DNA of 62,598 nucleotides, filler included. It is 7 parts of 7 records of this genome, joined end to end, with 100 filler letters (N's around TTAATTAATTAA, not from the genome) between each part and the next. Parts side by side here need not be neighbours in the genome. Positions count along the whole stretch, not along the records: positions 11,108 to 19,796 come from SRR11831585_715; positions 19,897 to 37,635 come from SRR11831585_718; 5 more parts are not named here. One strand, given 5' to 3'. Positions 12,631-24,524 of this stretch are shown here, piece by piece. Each line of letters begins with the position of its first letter. The stretch's first letter is position 1. The translations under genes and the position numbers were made by a program. Under the pieces are notes generated by a model. That model was given only the letters and a program-made list of their open reading frames with translations, was not told the origin of the DNA and made no database searches.

Positions 12631-13347
12631 ATGCAGACCCCGCACATTCTTATCGTTGAAGACGAGTTGGTAACACGCAACACGTTGAAAAGTATTTTCG
12701 AAGCGGAAGGCTATGATGTTTTCGAAGCGACAGATGGCGCGGAAATGCATCAGATCCTCTCTGAATATGACATCAACCTGGTGATCATGGATATCAATCT
12801 GCCGGGTAAGAACGGTCTTCTGTTAGCGCGTGAACTGCGCGAGCAGGCGAATGTTGCGTTGATGTTCCTGACTGGCCGTGACAACGAAGTCGATAAAATT
12901 CTCGGCCTCGAAATCGGTGCAGATGACTACATCACCAAACCGTTCAACCCGCGTGAACTGACGATTCGTGCACGCAACCTACTGTCCCGTACCATGAATC
13001 TGGGTACTGTCAGCGAAGAACGTCGTAGCGTTGAAAGCTACAAGTTCAATGGTTGGGAACTGGACATCAACAGCCGTTCGTTGATCGGCCCTGATGGCGA
13101 GCAGTACAAGCTGCCGCGCAGCGAGTTCCGCGCCATGCTTCACTTCTGTGAAAACCCAGGCAAAATTCAGTCCCGTGCTGAACTGCTGAAGAAAATGACC
13201 GGCCGTGAGCTGAAACCGCACGACCGTACTGTAGACGTGACGATCCGCCGTATTCGTAAACATTTCGAATCTACGCCGGATACGCCGGAAATCATCGCCA
13301 CCATTCACGGTGAAGGTTATCGCTTCTGCGGTGATCTGGAAGATTAA
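12631..13347 (+). CDS. arcA: Aerobic respiration control response regulator
   Basis: [12 protein letters not shown]...; receiver domain plus winged helix. Confidence 0.99.
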
Positions 13348-13366
13348 TCGGCTTTACCACCGTCAA

Positions 13367-13401
13367 AAAAAACGGCGCTTTTTAGCGCCGTTTTTATTTT
13401 T
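13367..13401. terminator. Bidirectional terminator between arcA and creD
   Basis: AAAAAACGGCGCT-TTTT-AGCGCCGTTTTT. Confidence 0.85.
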
Positions 13402-13406
13402 CAACC

Positions 13407-14759
13407 TTATTTCCAGATACGTAACTCATCGTCCGTTGTAACTTCTTTACTGGCTTTCATTTTCGGCAGTGAAAACGCATACCAGTCGATATTACGGGTC
13501 ACAAACATCATGCCGGCCAGCGCCACCACCAGCACACTGGTTCCCAACAACAGCGCGCTATCGGCAGAGTTGAGCAGTCCCCACATCACACCATCCAGCA
13601 ACAACAGCGCGAGGGTAAACAACATGCTGTTGCACCAACCTTTCAATACCGCTTGCAAATAAATACCGTTCATTATCGCCCCAATCAGACTGGCGATTAT
13701 CCATGCCACGGTAAAACCGGTATGTTCAGAAAGCGCCAGCAAGAGCAAATAAAACATCACCAATGAAAGCCCCACCAGCAAATATTGCATTGGGTGTAAA
13801 CGTTGCGCGGTGAGCGTTTCAAAAACAAAGAACGCCATAAAAGTCAGTGCAATCAGCAGAATGGCGTACTTAGTCGCCCGGTCAGTTAATTGGTATTGAT
13901 CGGCTGGCGTCGTTACTGCGACGCTAAACGCCGGGAAGTTTTCCCAGCCGGTATCATTGCCTGAAGCAAAACGCTCACCGAGATTATTAGCAAACCAGCT
14001 GCTTTGCCAGTGCGCCTGAAAACCTGACTCGCTAACTTCCCGTTTGGCTGGTAGAAAATCACCTAAAAAACTGGGATGCGGCCAGTTGCTGGTTAAGGTC
14101 ATTTCGCTATTACGCCCGCCAGGCACCACAGAAAGATCGCCGGTACCGCTTAAATTCAGGGCCATATTCAGCTTCAGGTTCTGCTTCCGCCAGTCCCCTT
14201 CAGGTAAAGGGATATGCACGCCCTGCCCGCCTTGCTCTAACCCGGTGCCGGGTTCAATGGTCAGCGCCGTTCCGTTAACTTCAGGCGCTTTCACCACACC
14301 AATACCACGCGCATCCCCGACGCTAATCACAATAAATGGCTTGCCTAAGGTGATATTTGGCGCGTTGAGTTCGCTAAGACGCGAAACATCGAAATCGGCT
14401 TTTAACGTTAAATCACTGTGCCAGACCTGACCGGTATAAATCCCTATCTTGCGTTCTTCCACGTTCTGATTGCCATCAACCATCAATGACTCAGGTAACC
14501 AAAAATGGATAAAACTTCGTTTCCGCTCCACGGTTTTATCCTCTTCCTGCACCGTATAAAGCTCGGTCACAGGAATAGCGATGAGCGGCCCAACGAGTTT
14601 TTGCGGCCCGCTGGTACTTTGGCGAATCGCATCTTCCACATCGCTACGGTAATCAGCACGTTCGACAATCACCTGCCGAATCAGCATTATCGGAATTAAC
14701 AACAGCAATACTGCACCAAACAGGCTAGTCATTTTCCAGAACAGGGGGGATTTCAACAT
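13407..14759 (-). CDS. creD: Inner membrane protein CreD (Cet)
   Basis: 450 aa; RATKYAILLI and HPMQYLLVG motifs; downstream of creC. Confidence 0.95.
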   Translation of the reverse strand: MLKSPLFWKMTSLFGAVLLLLIPIMLIRQVIVERADYRSDVEDAIRQSTSGPQKLVGPLIAIPVTELYTVQEEDKTVERKRSFIHFWLPESLMVDGNQNVEERKIGIYTGQVWHSDLTLKADFDVSRLSELNAPNITLGKPFIVISVGDARGIGVVKAPEVNGTALTIEPGTGLEQGGQGVHIPLPEGDWRKQNLKLNMALNLSGTGDLSVVPGGRNSEMTLTSNWPHPSFLGDFLPAKREVSESGFQAHWQSSWFANNLGERFASGNDTGWENFPAFSVAVTTPADQYQLTDRATKYAILLIALTFMAFFVFETLTAQRLHPMQYLLVGLSLVMFYLLLLALSEHTGFTVAWIIASLIGAIMNGIYLQAVLKGWCNSMLFTLALLLLDGVMWGLLNSADSALLLGTSVLVVALAGMMFVTRNIDWYAFSLPKMKASKEVTTDDELRIWK

Positions 14760-14816
14760 AGTCTTCTCCTTTGCAATGGCAGCAGGATACGAAGACTATG
14801 TGGGAAGAATTTGAAG

Positions 14817-16241
14817 CTATGTGAAGTGACGGTGAAGTCGAAGCGAGGCCAGCACGCCACCTTCCTGCACGTTGCGCAACGTGACTTCGCCGTTAAACAA
14901 ACGGGCGACCTCACTGACGAACGCCAACCCCAGACCGCTGCTTTTTTGCCCATTTGCACGAGGCAAAGAGTAAAAGCGTTCAAAAATACGTGAAAGCGCG
15001 TAGTCAGGAATACCACTACCGGTATCCAGCACCTTAAGCGTGACGTGTTCCTGATCCACTTCGGCGCTTAGCGTGATGCAACCGCTCTCGGGGGTAAAAT
15101 CGATGGCGTTATCCAGTAAATTTCCCAGCGCCTGCTCCAGTAACGCCGGTTCAGCAGCAACGTTAACCTCGGTGGGCGTAACATGCAGAGTGATTTTTTT
15201 TTCTGCCAACTGCACGGTGCGCGCTTCGCTGACGCGGCGGAATAATGCCGCCACATCAACAGCAGTCAGAACGACTTCCTGACGATTCTCCAGTCTTGCC
15301 TGGCGTAGTAACGTTTCTACCAATGCCTGCATACGCGCATTTTGCGTCAGAATGTTGTCAGTAAAACGAGCCACCACTTCCGGCGGCGGACCTTCGCGTA
15401 AAATTTCCGCCGCTCCACGAATCGCCGCCAGTGGGCTTTTTAGCTCATGAGTTAATGCGTAAACATACTGCTCAATATAGTTTTTCCCTTCCAGCTTCAC
15501 GCGCATACTTTCCAGCGCCTGCGCGAGTTTACGCAACTCGCTACTACCGAGATCGGGGAGAGGAACGGGCTTATTGTCAGTGACGGAATCAGCATAGCGA
15601 GTGAGCCGGGCAATAGAGCGGTTGATCCACCAAACCATGCCTGCGCCAATCACCAGTGCAATCCCCAACAAAATGGCGCTGGCCCATAAAATTCGCCGCT
15701 CGCTACGCTTAATGACCGGAGCCATCGCCGCGTTCGGTTTGCCTACGCTCAAAACGCCAATAAGCCGCGAGCCGTCCATAATCGGTGCGGCAACATACAT
15801 CACAGAACTTTCGGGATCGGCAGGATTTTGCAACGTGCTGCGCGCACCATACTGACCACGCAACGTTAGCCAGACGTCATTCCAGCGCGAATAATCCTGT
15901 CCAACGGCTTTATTTGCCGAATCGAACAATACTTTGCCCTGCGCATCGGTCATATAGACATGATATTCATTGCGCACTTTGTTAATGCCACCGATATTGG
16001 CGCGAAACGGGGGATGTTGTAGCTGATTAAACGCCTGCGCCAGTTGCCCATGCGTTGGGTCCCCAGAGAGCAAATCGGGACGCGCCAGCTCCGCCAGCAA
16101 CGTTGCGGTGTCGATCAACGTCCCCTCCGTTGCTCTTCGCACGCCCGGTTTAACTTCTTTGACAAAAATGGCCAGTACGAACCAGGCTGCCACCGCCACC
16201 AGTAAAAAATAGCCCAGCAACAACCGCATGCCGATACGCAT
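14817..16241 (-). CDS. creC: Sensor histidine kinase CreC (Pro77 allele)
   Basis: THELKSPL H-box, NLLDNA and GLGL motifs. Confidence 0.97.
   Translation of the reverse strand: MRIGMRLLLGYFLLVAVAAWFVLAIFVKEVKPGVRRATEGTLIDTATLLAELARPDLLSGDPTHGQLAQAFNQLQHPPFRANIGGINKVRNEYHVYMTDAQGKVLFDSANKAVGQDYSRWNDVWLTLRGQYGARSTLQNPADPESSVMYVAAPIMDGSRLIGVLSVGKPNAAMAPVIKRSERRILWASAILLGIALVIGAGMVWWINRSIARLTRYADSVTDNKPVPLPDLGSSELRKLAQALESMRVKLEGKNYIEQYVYALTHELKSPLAAIRGAAEILREGPPPEVVARFTDNILTQNARMQALVETLLRQARLENRQEVVLTAVDVAALFRRVSEARTVQLAEKKITLHVTPTEVNVAAEPALLEQALGNLLDNAIDFTPESGCITLSAEVDQEHVTLKVLDTGSGIPDYALSRIFERFYSLPRANGQKSSGLGLAFVSEVARLFNGEVTLRNVQEGGVLASLRLHRHFT
14821..14836 (-). promoter_or_regulatory. cre-tag (CreB binding site) upstream of creD
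   Basis: TTCAC-CGTCAC-TTCAC direct repeat on the minus strand. Confidence 0.7.
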
Positions 16242-16930
16242 TACAGGCCCCTCAGGCTATATCCCATGCCGCGATGAGTATTAATCGGTGAAAGATCGGG
16301 GTTGATGGCGCGCAGCTTGGCACGCAGCGTTTTAATGTGGGTATCGACGGTGCGATCGTAGGTGTCCTGCGCATCTTCCCATACGCTATCCATCAGTTGC
16401 TGGCGGGACCAGACGCGGCCCGGTGACTTGAGTAACGTCTTCAACAATAAAAACTCATACCGAGTCAGCGCTAATGGCGTGTCAAACCAGCTGATCTGCG
16501 CCGCGGGTTCATTCAATTCAAAATGTCCAATACGGATGACGGGAGACGGCGTCGAGAACTTCTTCACCCGACGCAGTAAGGTGCGCACCCTGGCGCACAC
16601 TTCGCGGGGTGAAAACGGTTTAGCCACGTAGTCGTCAGCACCAATTTCCAGCCCAAGCAGGCGATCGACCTCTTCACTTCGGGCCGTCAGGAACAGTACA
16701 GGTAACGCCGGATGGAGCGCCAGTAACTGGCGGCACAATTCAAAGCCGCTAATATCCGGCAGACCAACATCGAGAATCATGACGTCGGGTACCTGCTTGC
16801 GAGCTTTATCCAGCACCGGCAAGCCTCGCTCAAAGACCTCGACGGCAAAACCTTCCTGCTGCAACATGTAGACCAGCGTGTCGGCTATCCCTTGCTCATC
16901 TTCCACTAACCAGACCGTTTCCCGTTGCAT
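16241..16930 (-). CDS. creB: Response regulator CreB
   Basis: OmpR family, translationally coupled to creC. Confidence 0.96.
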   Translation of the reverse strand: MQRETVWLVEDEQGIADTLVYMLQQEGFAVEVFERGLPVLDKARKQVPDVMILDVGLPDISGFELCRQLLALHPALPVLFLTARSEEVDRLLGLEIGADDYVAKPFSPREVCARVRTLLRRVKKFSTPSPVIRIGHFELNEPAAQISWFDTPLALTRYEFLLLKTLLKSPGRVWSRQQLMDSVWEDAQDTYDRTVDTHIKTLRAKLRAINPDLSPINTHRGMGYSLRGL

Positions 16931-16942
16931 AAATCGCCTCTG

Positions 16943-17416
16943 TTATTGCCGCCACGGCATGACAGGAACCGCGCTAATCGCGTTTTTCGGCGAACCTTCT
17001 ACAACTTTGTCGGAGTAAGCCAGATAAGCGAGCGCGTTGCGTTTGGCATCATAAAAGCGCACGACCTGTAACGACTTAAAGACCAGGGACGTGCGTTTTT
17101 TGAATACTACCTCGCCCTGAGCTTTGCCGTTTTTAATACGATCCGACAGTTCAATCGGCCCGACTTGCTGACAAGAAATGGCCGCATCGGAGGTATCTTC
17201 CGCCAGACCCAATCCCCCTTTAATACCACCGGTTTTCGCCCGGCTCACATAACAGGTGACATTTTTCACATCGGGATCATCAAAGGCTTCCACAACAATT
17301 TTGTGATCCGGGCCGATCATTTTAAATACGGTGTCGACCGAACCAATCTCTTCTGCATGAGCCAATGGCCCCAGCATTATCAGGCTTAAAGACAGGATCA
17401 AATGCTTGTATTTCAT
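16943..17416 (-). CDS. creA: Periplasmic protein CreA
   Basis: Signal peptide; first gene of creABCD. Confidence 0.95.
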
Positions 17417-17626
17417 ATTGTTACCATTTTTATCTATTACACGAGCAATTAGTTCGTCACGGTAAATAACATATTGATTAAGAACAAAATCTCAATACTT
17501 TTATTTCCGTCAAGCCCTAAAACATACTCTACTAAGAAAAAAACACTGAATGCTAAAACAGCAAAAAATGCTATTATCCAATTACCTGATGTCAGGTGCT
17601 CGTTGTTGAAAGGATGAGGATATTTT

Positions 17627-18496
17627 ATGGATCAGGCCGGCATTATTCGCGACCTTTTAATCTGGCTGGAAGGTCATCTGGATCAGCCCCTGTCGCTCGA
17701 CAATGTAGCGGCGAAAGCAGGTTATTCCAAGTGGCACTTACAGAGAATGTTTAAAGATGTCACTGGCCATGCTATTGGCGCGTATATTCGTGCTCGTCGT
17801 TTGTCGAAATCGGCGGTCGCACTACGCCTGACTGCGCGTCCGATTCTGGACATCGCGCTGCAATACCGCTTCGACTCTCAACAGACATTTACCCGCGCAT
17901 TCAAGAAGCAGTTTGCCCAGACTCCTGCACTTTACCGCCGTTCTCCTGAATGGAGCGCCTTTGGTATTCGCCCGCCGCTACGCCTGGGTGAATTCACTAT
18001 GCCAGAGCACAAATTTGTCACCCTGGAAGATACGCCGCTGATTGGTGTTACCCAGAGCTACTCCTGTTCGCTGGAGCAAATCTCTGATTTCCGCCATGAA
18101 ATGCGTTATCAGTTCTGGCACGATTTTCTCGGCAACGCGCCGACCATTCCGCCGGTGCTCTACGGCCTGAATGAAACGCGTCCGAGTCAGGATAAAGACG
18201 ACGAGCAAGAGGTATTCTATACCACCGCGTTAGCCCAGGATCAGGCAGATGGCTATGTACTGACGGGGCATCCGGTGATGCTGCAGGGCGGCGAATATGT
18301 GATGTTTACCTATGAAGGTCTGGGAACCGGCGTGCAGGAGTTTATCCTGACGGTATACGGAACGTGCATGCCAATGCTCAACCTGACGCGCCGTAAAGGT
18401 CAGGATATTGAGCGATACTACCCGGCAGAAGATGCCAAAGCGGGAGATCGCCCAATTAATCTACGCTGTGAACTGCTGATTCCGATCCGTCGTTAA
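17627..18496 (+). CDS. rob: AraC-family regulator Rob
   Basis: GYSKWHLQRMFK HTH plus GyrI-like C-terminal domain. Confidence 0.98.
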   Translation: MDQAGIIRDLLIWLEGHLDQPLSLDNVAAKAGYSKWHLQRMFKDVTGHAIGAYIRARRLSKSAVALRLTARPILDIALQYRFDSQQTFTRAFKKQFAQTPALYRRSPEWSAFGIRPPLRLGEFTMPEHKFVTLEDTPLIGVTQSYSCSLEQISDFRHEMRYQFWHDFLGNAPTIPPVLYGLNETRPSQDKDDEQEVFYTTALAQDQADGYVLTGHPVMLQGGEYVMFTYEGLGTGVQEFILTVYGTCMPMLNLTRRKGQDIERYYPAEDAKAGDRPINLRCELLIPIRR

Positions 18497-19140
18497 CGCT
18501 GCAGCTCATCTAATGCAGGGGCGTCCAGATGCGAGATGTCCCCTGCGGTTTCAACGACCCAGCCAGACGCCAGCCACAGGCTTTCCTGATAATCCACGCG
18601 CGAAATAGAACAGTTACGCAGACGTAAGCGGCGCTCTGCCCATGCTGGTAATCCGAGAATCGTACTCACCAGGCATCCCAGTGCAATACCATGACTCACC
18701 AGCAGCGGTCGGCTTCCCTGCGGTAAGTCCCGGCAAGATTCCAGTGCCGCATTGACGCGATCGCTGAGCTCCTGCATTGACTCGCCTTCAGGAATACGCC
18801 CGTCAACGGTGCCATTGACCAGCTGCCGACGCCAGTTCTCTTCTTCTTCGGTCAGAGAATCGATATGTCTTTTTTCCAGCACACCCATGTTTAATTCACG
18901 CAGGCGAGAATCAAAGATGATGTCACAGCCGCAGGCCTGGGCGATGATTTCCGCCGTACGCCGGGTGCGTCCTAAATCGCTACTGATGATATGCGTAATG
19001 CCAAGCTCTTTGGCACGGGTTGCCACCTGCATCGCCTGTTGCTCACCTTTGGCGGTCAGCGGGCTGTCAGACTGGCCCTGAATACGTCGCTCGGCGTTCC
19101 ACTGCGTTTCACCGTGGCGGACTAGGTATACCTGTAACAT
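18493..19140 (-). CDS. ytjC: Histidine phosphatase family protein YtjC (GpmB)
   Basis: LVRHGET motif. Confidence 0.93.
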   Translation of the reverse strand: MLQVYLVRHGETQWNAERRIQGQSDSPLTAKGEQQAMQVATRAKELGITHIISSDLGRTRRTAEIIAQACGCDIIFDSRLRELNMGVLEKRHIDSLTEEEENWRRQLVNGTVDGRIPEGESMQELSDRVNAALESCRDLPQGSRPLLVSHGIALGCLVSTILGLPAWAERRLRLRNCSISRVDYQESLWLASGWVVETAGDISHLDAPALDELQR

Positions 19141-19179
19141 GCTTTTTTTCCGTATACTGCTGTAACGTTAATTTTCTGA

Positions 19180-19704
<525 letters not shown>

Positions 19705-19796
19705 GCGCCTGATGCGACGCTGCCGCGTCTTATCATGCCTACCAAACATATTGAAATTACGGGTATTTGTAGGACGGATAAGGCGTTCACGCCGCA
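19705..19796. repeat. REP/BIME at contig end
   Basis: GCCTGATGCGACGCTGCCGCGTCTTATCATGCCTAC and GTAGGACGGATAAGGCGTTCACGCCGCA. Confidence 0.88.
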
Positions 19797-19896
19797 NNNN
19801 NNNNNNNNNNNNNNNNNNNNNNNNNNNNNNNNNNNNNNNNTTAATTAATTAANNNNNNNNNNNNNNNNNNNNNNNNNNNNNNNNNNNNNNNNNNNN
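19797..19896. other. Artificial contig spacer
   Basis: N44-TTAATTAATTAA-N44. Confidence 0.98.
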
Positions 19897-19926
19897 TGCG
19901 ACGCTTGCCGCGTCTTATCAGGCCTA
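19897..19926. repeat. Partial REP at contig start
   Basis: TGCGACGCTTGCCGCGTCTTATCAGGCCTA. Confidence 0.85.
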
Positions 19927-19928
19927 TC

Positions 19929-20618
19929 TTAACCGTTGGTTAATTTTTCAAACTCTTCACACCCGGTATCAAACCCTTCCATACAGCTCAGGTTCAACCA
20001 GTGCAGCGCCTTTTGCTTGTTCTTCTCGATAAAACCTTCTTCACCGTTTAAGAACATCATTCCCGCCCAGTACTCGGAATAACCGGTTCGGGAAATTGCA
20101 GAGCTGCGTTTGAAATACCAGGTTGCCTTGTCATCGTCGGCCTTAATGCCCACGCCGTTGGCGTAAATCAAACCAAGCAGCATTTGGGCATCGACGGCAG
20201 AGTCGTTCTCCAGATCTTCCGAGGCGTTTTCTAACAGCGAAATTGCCTTTGGATAATCCGGTTTACCCGCTTGAGTATTTACCAGAATATGCGCCAGCGT
20301 TACTTCACCTTCTTTACTGCCCGCTTGCGCCGCTTTCTCTGCAAGAACTTTTGCTTGTGGATAGTCCAGACTGACCGGATTGGTGATTTTGATCTGCGCC
20401 AGCAGCGCGCAGGCATCAGCATCACCGCTGTCGGCGGCTTTCTGTGCCCAATATTCGGCTTTGCTCAAATCGCCGGAGCTAAACCAGCTGTCGGCAAGAA
20501 AATATTGTGCGCGTCGGTCCCCGGCCTCTGCTGCCTTTAAATACTGGCTGCCAGGCTCGGAGTCGTTGGCGTGGGCAAAGAATGTCAAAAACAACATCAA
20601 TGCGATAATTTTTTTCAT
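19929..20618 (-). CDS. yjcO: Sel1-repeat protein YjcO
   Basis: Signal peptide plus Sel1-like repeats; downstream of fdhF. Confidence 0.9.
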   Translation of the reverse strand: MKKIIALMLFLTFFAHANDSEPGSQYLKAAEAGDRRAQYFLADSWFSSGDLSKAEYWAQKAADSGDADACALLAQIKITNPVSLDYPQAKVLAEKAAQAGSKEGEVTLAHILVNTQAGKPDYPKAISLLENASEDLENDSAVDAQMLLGLIYANGVGIKADDDKATWYFKRSSAISRTGYSEYWAGMMFLNGEEGFIEKNKQKALHWLNLSCMEGFDTGCEEFEKLTNG

Positions 20619-20670
20619 TTTGATAATACGATTGGGTAGGGAGTAACCAGTATAAAGAGTTCGAATGGAT

Positions 20671-20698
20671 AAAAAAACAGCCTCCGAAAGGAGGCTGT
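20671..20698 (-). terminator. fdhF intrinsic terminator
   Basis: ACAGCCTCC-TTTC-GGAGGCTGT followed by a T-tract on the minus strand. Confidence 0.85.
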
Positions 20699-20711
20699 AG
20701 AAAGGACGGTA

Positions 20712-22859
20712 TTACGCCAGTGCCGCTTCGCGCAGGCGAGTTTTCAACTTGTTGTACTCGTCAATCACGTACTGCTCGGCGGCGCGCTGATCGGCGATCG
20801 GCTCGACGCGAACGGCGCAGTATTTGTACTCCGGCGTTTTCGTAATCGGGCTTAAGTTTTCGGTAACCAGCTCGTTACAGGCACCAATCCACCACTGGTA
20901 GGTCATGTAAATCGCCCCTTTGTTCGGACGATCGCTGACCTGCGCACGGGTGATAATTTTGTCTTTACGCGAGTGCACCCAAACCAATGCCTCATCTTCA
21001 ATACCCAGACGTTTGGCGTCTTCGGTATTGATTTGTGCGTAGCCAGGTTCATCAGCCAGCGCCGCCAGTGCCGCACAGTTACCGGTCATCGAACGGCAAG
21101 AGTAGTGACCAACTTCACGCACCGTTGACAGTACCATCGGGTACTCGTCGGTGAGTTTGTCGATTGGCGCTACCCAGTCGCAGGTGAAGAACTGCGCCAG
21201 ACCGTTCGGGGTATCAAACTTCTCTTTAAACAGATAAGAAGTCCCCTGATCGGCATCTGAAGTATCGCGGCAAGGCCACTGAATGAAGCCCAGTTCGCCC
21301 ATTTTCTCGTAAGTCGCACCGTAGAAATCCGGGCACAGATGACGCAACTCATCCCAGATCTCCTGGGTGTTGTTGTAGTGCATCGGATAACCCATACGGG
21401 TGGCGATTTCACTGATGATTTGCCAGTCCGTTTTCAGATCCCATTTCGGTTCAACCGCCTTGAAGAAACGCTGGAAGCCACGGTCAGCCGCAGTAAACAC
21501 GCCTTCATGCTCGCCCCACGACGTTGACGGTAAAATAACATCCGCCGCCGACGCGGTTTTGGTCATAAAGATGTCCTGAACGATAACCAGTTCCAGATCT
21601 TCAAAGGCTTTACGTACTGCCGACAGCTCCGCGTCAGTTTGTAGCGGATCTTCGCCCATAATGTACGCGGCACGCACTTCGCCATGCGCTGTGCGGTGCG
21701 GCAGCTCGCTGATGCGATAGCCGGTATGCGCTGGCAGGCTTTCCACGCCCCAGGCTTTGGCGAATTTCTCGCGGTTAGCCGGATCTTTCACGTACTGGTA
21801 TCCCGGATACGTATCCGGCAGCGCGCCCATATCGCAGGCACCCTGAACGTTGTTCTGACCACGAACCGGGTTAACACCCGCATGCGGCTTACCGAGGTTA
21901 CCGGTCAGCATCGCGAGGCTGGTCAGAGAACGCACGGTTTCCACGCCCTGGTAGAACTGGGTTACACCCATGCCCCACAGGATGGCGGCGCTTTTCGCCT
22001 GGGCATACATCCGTGCCGCCTGACGAATCTCACTGGCGCTGACGCCGGTGATATCTTCAACCGACTCCGGCGTGTAGCCTTCAACGATTTTACGATACTC
22101 TTCAAAGCCTTCTGTACGTGAAGCGACGAACGCTTTGTCGTACAGATTTTCTTCAATAATGACATGGCCCATCGCATTCAACAGCGCGATGTTCGAGCCG
22201 TTTTTCAGTGCAATGTGCATGTCAGCAATGCGCGCGGTTTCAATTTTGCGCGGATCGCAGACGATAATTTTCGCCCCGTTACGTTTAGCGTTAATTACGT
22301 GATTCGCCACGATTGGGTGGGAATCCGCCGGGTTGTACCCGAAAACGAACACTAAATCGGTATTATCAATTTCGTTAATAGCATTGCTCATTGCGCCATT
22401 ACCGACCGATTGGTGCAGACCTGCAACCGATGGGCCGTGTCAGACACGAGCGCAGCAGTCAACGTTATTGGTACCAATAACGGCGCGCGCAAATTTTTGC
22501 ATTACATAGTTGGTTTCGTTACCCGTACCACGCGAGGAGCCGGTCGTCTGGATGGCATCCGGACCGTACTTCTCTTTGATGGCGCTCAGGCGCTCGGCAA
22601 CGTAATTCAGTGCCTCATCCCAGGAAACAGGTTCGAGTTTGCCGCCACGCTGGCGACGGATCATGGGGGTTTTCAGGCGCGGGGTCAGGATCTGGGTATC
22701 GTTAATGAAGTCCCAGCCATAATAACCCTTCAGACACAGGGTACCCTGGTTGGTTTTCCCCTGCGCTGCCTCCGCCCGGACGATTTTGCCGTTATCGACG
22801 ACCAGGTTGATTTTGCAACCTGATGCGCAATAGGGGCAAACCGTGACGACTTTTTTCAT
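20712..22859 (-). CDS. fdhF: Formate dehydrogenase H, selenoprotein (UGA140 = Sec), 715 aa
   Basis: Two ORFs in the same frame separated by TGA at 22440-22442 (CCARV-U-HGPSV); CPYCASGC Fe-S motif. Confidence 0.98.
22401..22442 (-). promoter_or_regulatory. Sec UGA codon and bacterial SECIS element
   Basis: TGA CACGGCCCATC GGTTGCAGGTCTGCACC hairpin directly 3' of the UGA. Confidence 0.9.
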
Positions 22860-22910
22860 CGGTCTCGCTCCAGTTAATCAAATCACGCATACGCGCTCTC
22901 GACTACAGTA

Positions 22911-22926
22911 TGCATCTTTTATGCCA
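22911..22926 (-). promoter_or_regulatory. Sigma54 -24/-12 promoter of fdhF
   Basis: TGGCATAAAAGATGCA (GG-N10-GC). Confidence 0.8.
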
Positions 22927-23056
22927 CATTTTATGTGGGGTCATTCCCTGATATTACGGGCACTATTTATTCAAAACTCTGACGAAAAACAGGCTGTCGT
23001 CAGTTTTGACGTGACGAAACGAAATACCGCGTGACAGCCATCACGCGGCAGACATT

Positions 23057-24524
23057 TTATTTTTTCTTCGACGACGGGACCTGCCTGATACCCGCCGCCC
23101 AGCGATTTCATCAACTGAATGCTTTGGATCACCCGGCGGCTGTCCAGCATCAGTAATGACATCTCTTCGGCAAGCACTGGCAACCGGGCTTCGGTGGCCT
23201 GTAAGCGGCTGGTTAAGCCGCGCTGATAGGCGGCCTCGGCAGCGCGCTGGGTAAAGCGCGTGGCTTCCACGCGTTCAGCCTGCATTTCTCGCTCGTCGTT
23301 GAGCGTTTGCAGACGCGTGCCGTTGACGGCAACGTCACGCACCGCGTTCAGTACTGACTGGTTGTAACGTTCAATCATCATGTTGCTGGCGGCGCGCGTG
23401 CCTTCGAGATTGGCATTCAACCGTCCACCGTCAAACAGCGGCAATTTCAGACCCGGGATGAAGTTGAACTGGCGACTGGTTTTTTTGAATAAGGTATGCA
23501 GATGGATGGAGTCCAGACCGAAAAACGCTTTGATATCAAAGCTCGGATAGAACAACGCCCGCGCGGAATCCACCTGATCTAATGACGCCTGAACATACCA
23601 GCGCATGGCTTGCAGATCCGGGCGTCTGGCGAGCAACTCATAAGAGAGTGTCGCCGGAATGCCGGTCTGGACTTGCGGTAATGCCACCGGTCTGATCTCC
23701 GGCATATCGCTGGCTCCCGCGCCAATCAATGCACGCAGAGATTCTCGCGTTTCGGTGATTTGCCCTTTGACGGCAACAATTTGTTTATCGACCGCCAGAA
23801 TCTGTGCCCGCGCGCCGTGGAAAGGCACTTGCGCTTCCAGACCGTGCGCCACTTTACTCTGGTGCGCTTTCACCGCGTAATCAATCACATCGTGAGTTTG
23901 TTCTAACAGATCGAGCATCTGATAGCTGGCCTGCATACTGTAATAAAGCTGCGCTACGCCCGTGGCCAGCGATAGCTCTACTGCTGCGGTTTCTGCCAGC
24001 GCGGCATTATGCGCGCCAATGGCGGCGGCAACCGCTGAGCGATGCACACCCCACAAATCAAGATCCAGTCCGGCAAACAAACCTACTGTGGCTTCCGTAT
24101 AGTACGGCCCGTCCATACCCAGTGCTGGCGCATCCATTGAATAAGGGCTTAAAAAGCCGTTCGCCGAGACACGTTGGCGGTTGAGCATCCCTAACGCTGC
24201 GACCTGTAATTGTGAACCGGCATCTAACAAATCGGCCTGGGACTGCGCTTTTTCTTCCCGCAGTTTCGCTTCGGCGAGGGTGTGTGAACCACTTAGCGTC
24301 CGTTGGATCAGCGCATCCAGCTGCGGGTCATTGAGTTGTTTCCACCACTGCGCCTGCGGCCAGCCGGAGCTGGCAAGATGAATATCGTCGGCCAGTTTGA
24401 TTTGTTCCGGTTTGAGCTGTTGATGAGGTGCAGAATCCTTACGTACCAGGGCACAGCCGGAAATCAGCGTCGTGCTGCCGAGAATGCTGCACAACAGCAG
24501 ACGTGAAAGTTGACGATTGATCAT
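23057..24524 (-). CDS. mdtP: Outer membrane factor MdtP; +1 nt near the 3' end extends the ORF to 22971 (likely artefact)
   Basis: Lipobox ISGC and RRPDL OMF motif; expected end VVEKK* at the TAA at 23057-23059. Confidence 0.9.

Noticed and set aside
22971-23056. C-terminally extended MdtP overlapping the fdhF upstream region
   Set aside because: Explained by one extra base next to a homopolymer just before the normal stop codon.
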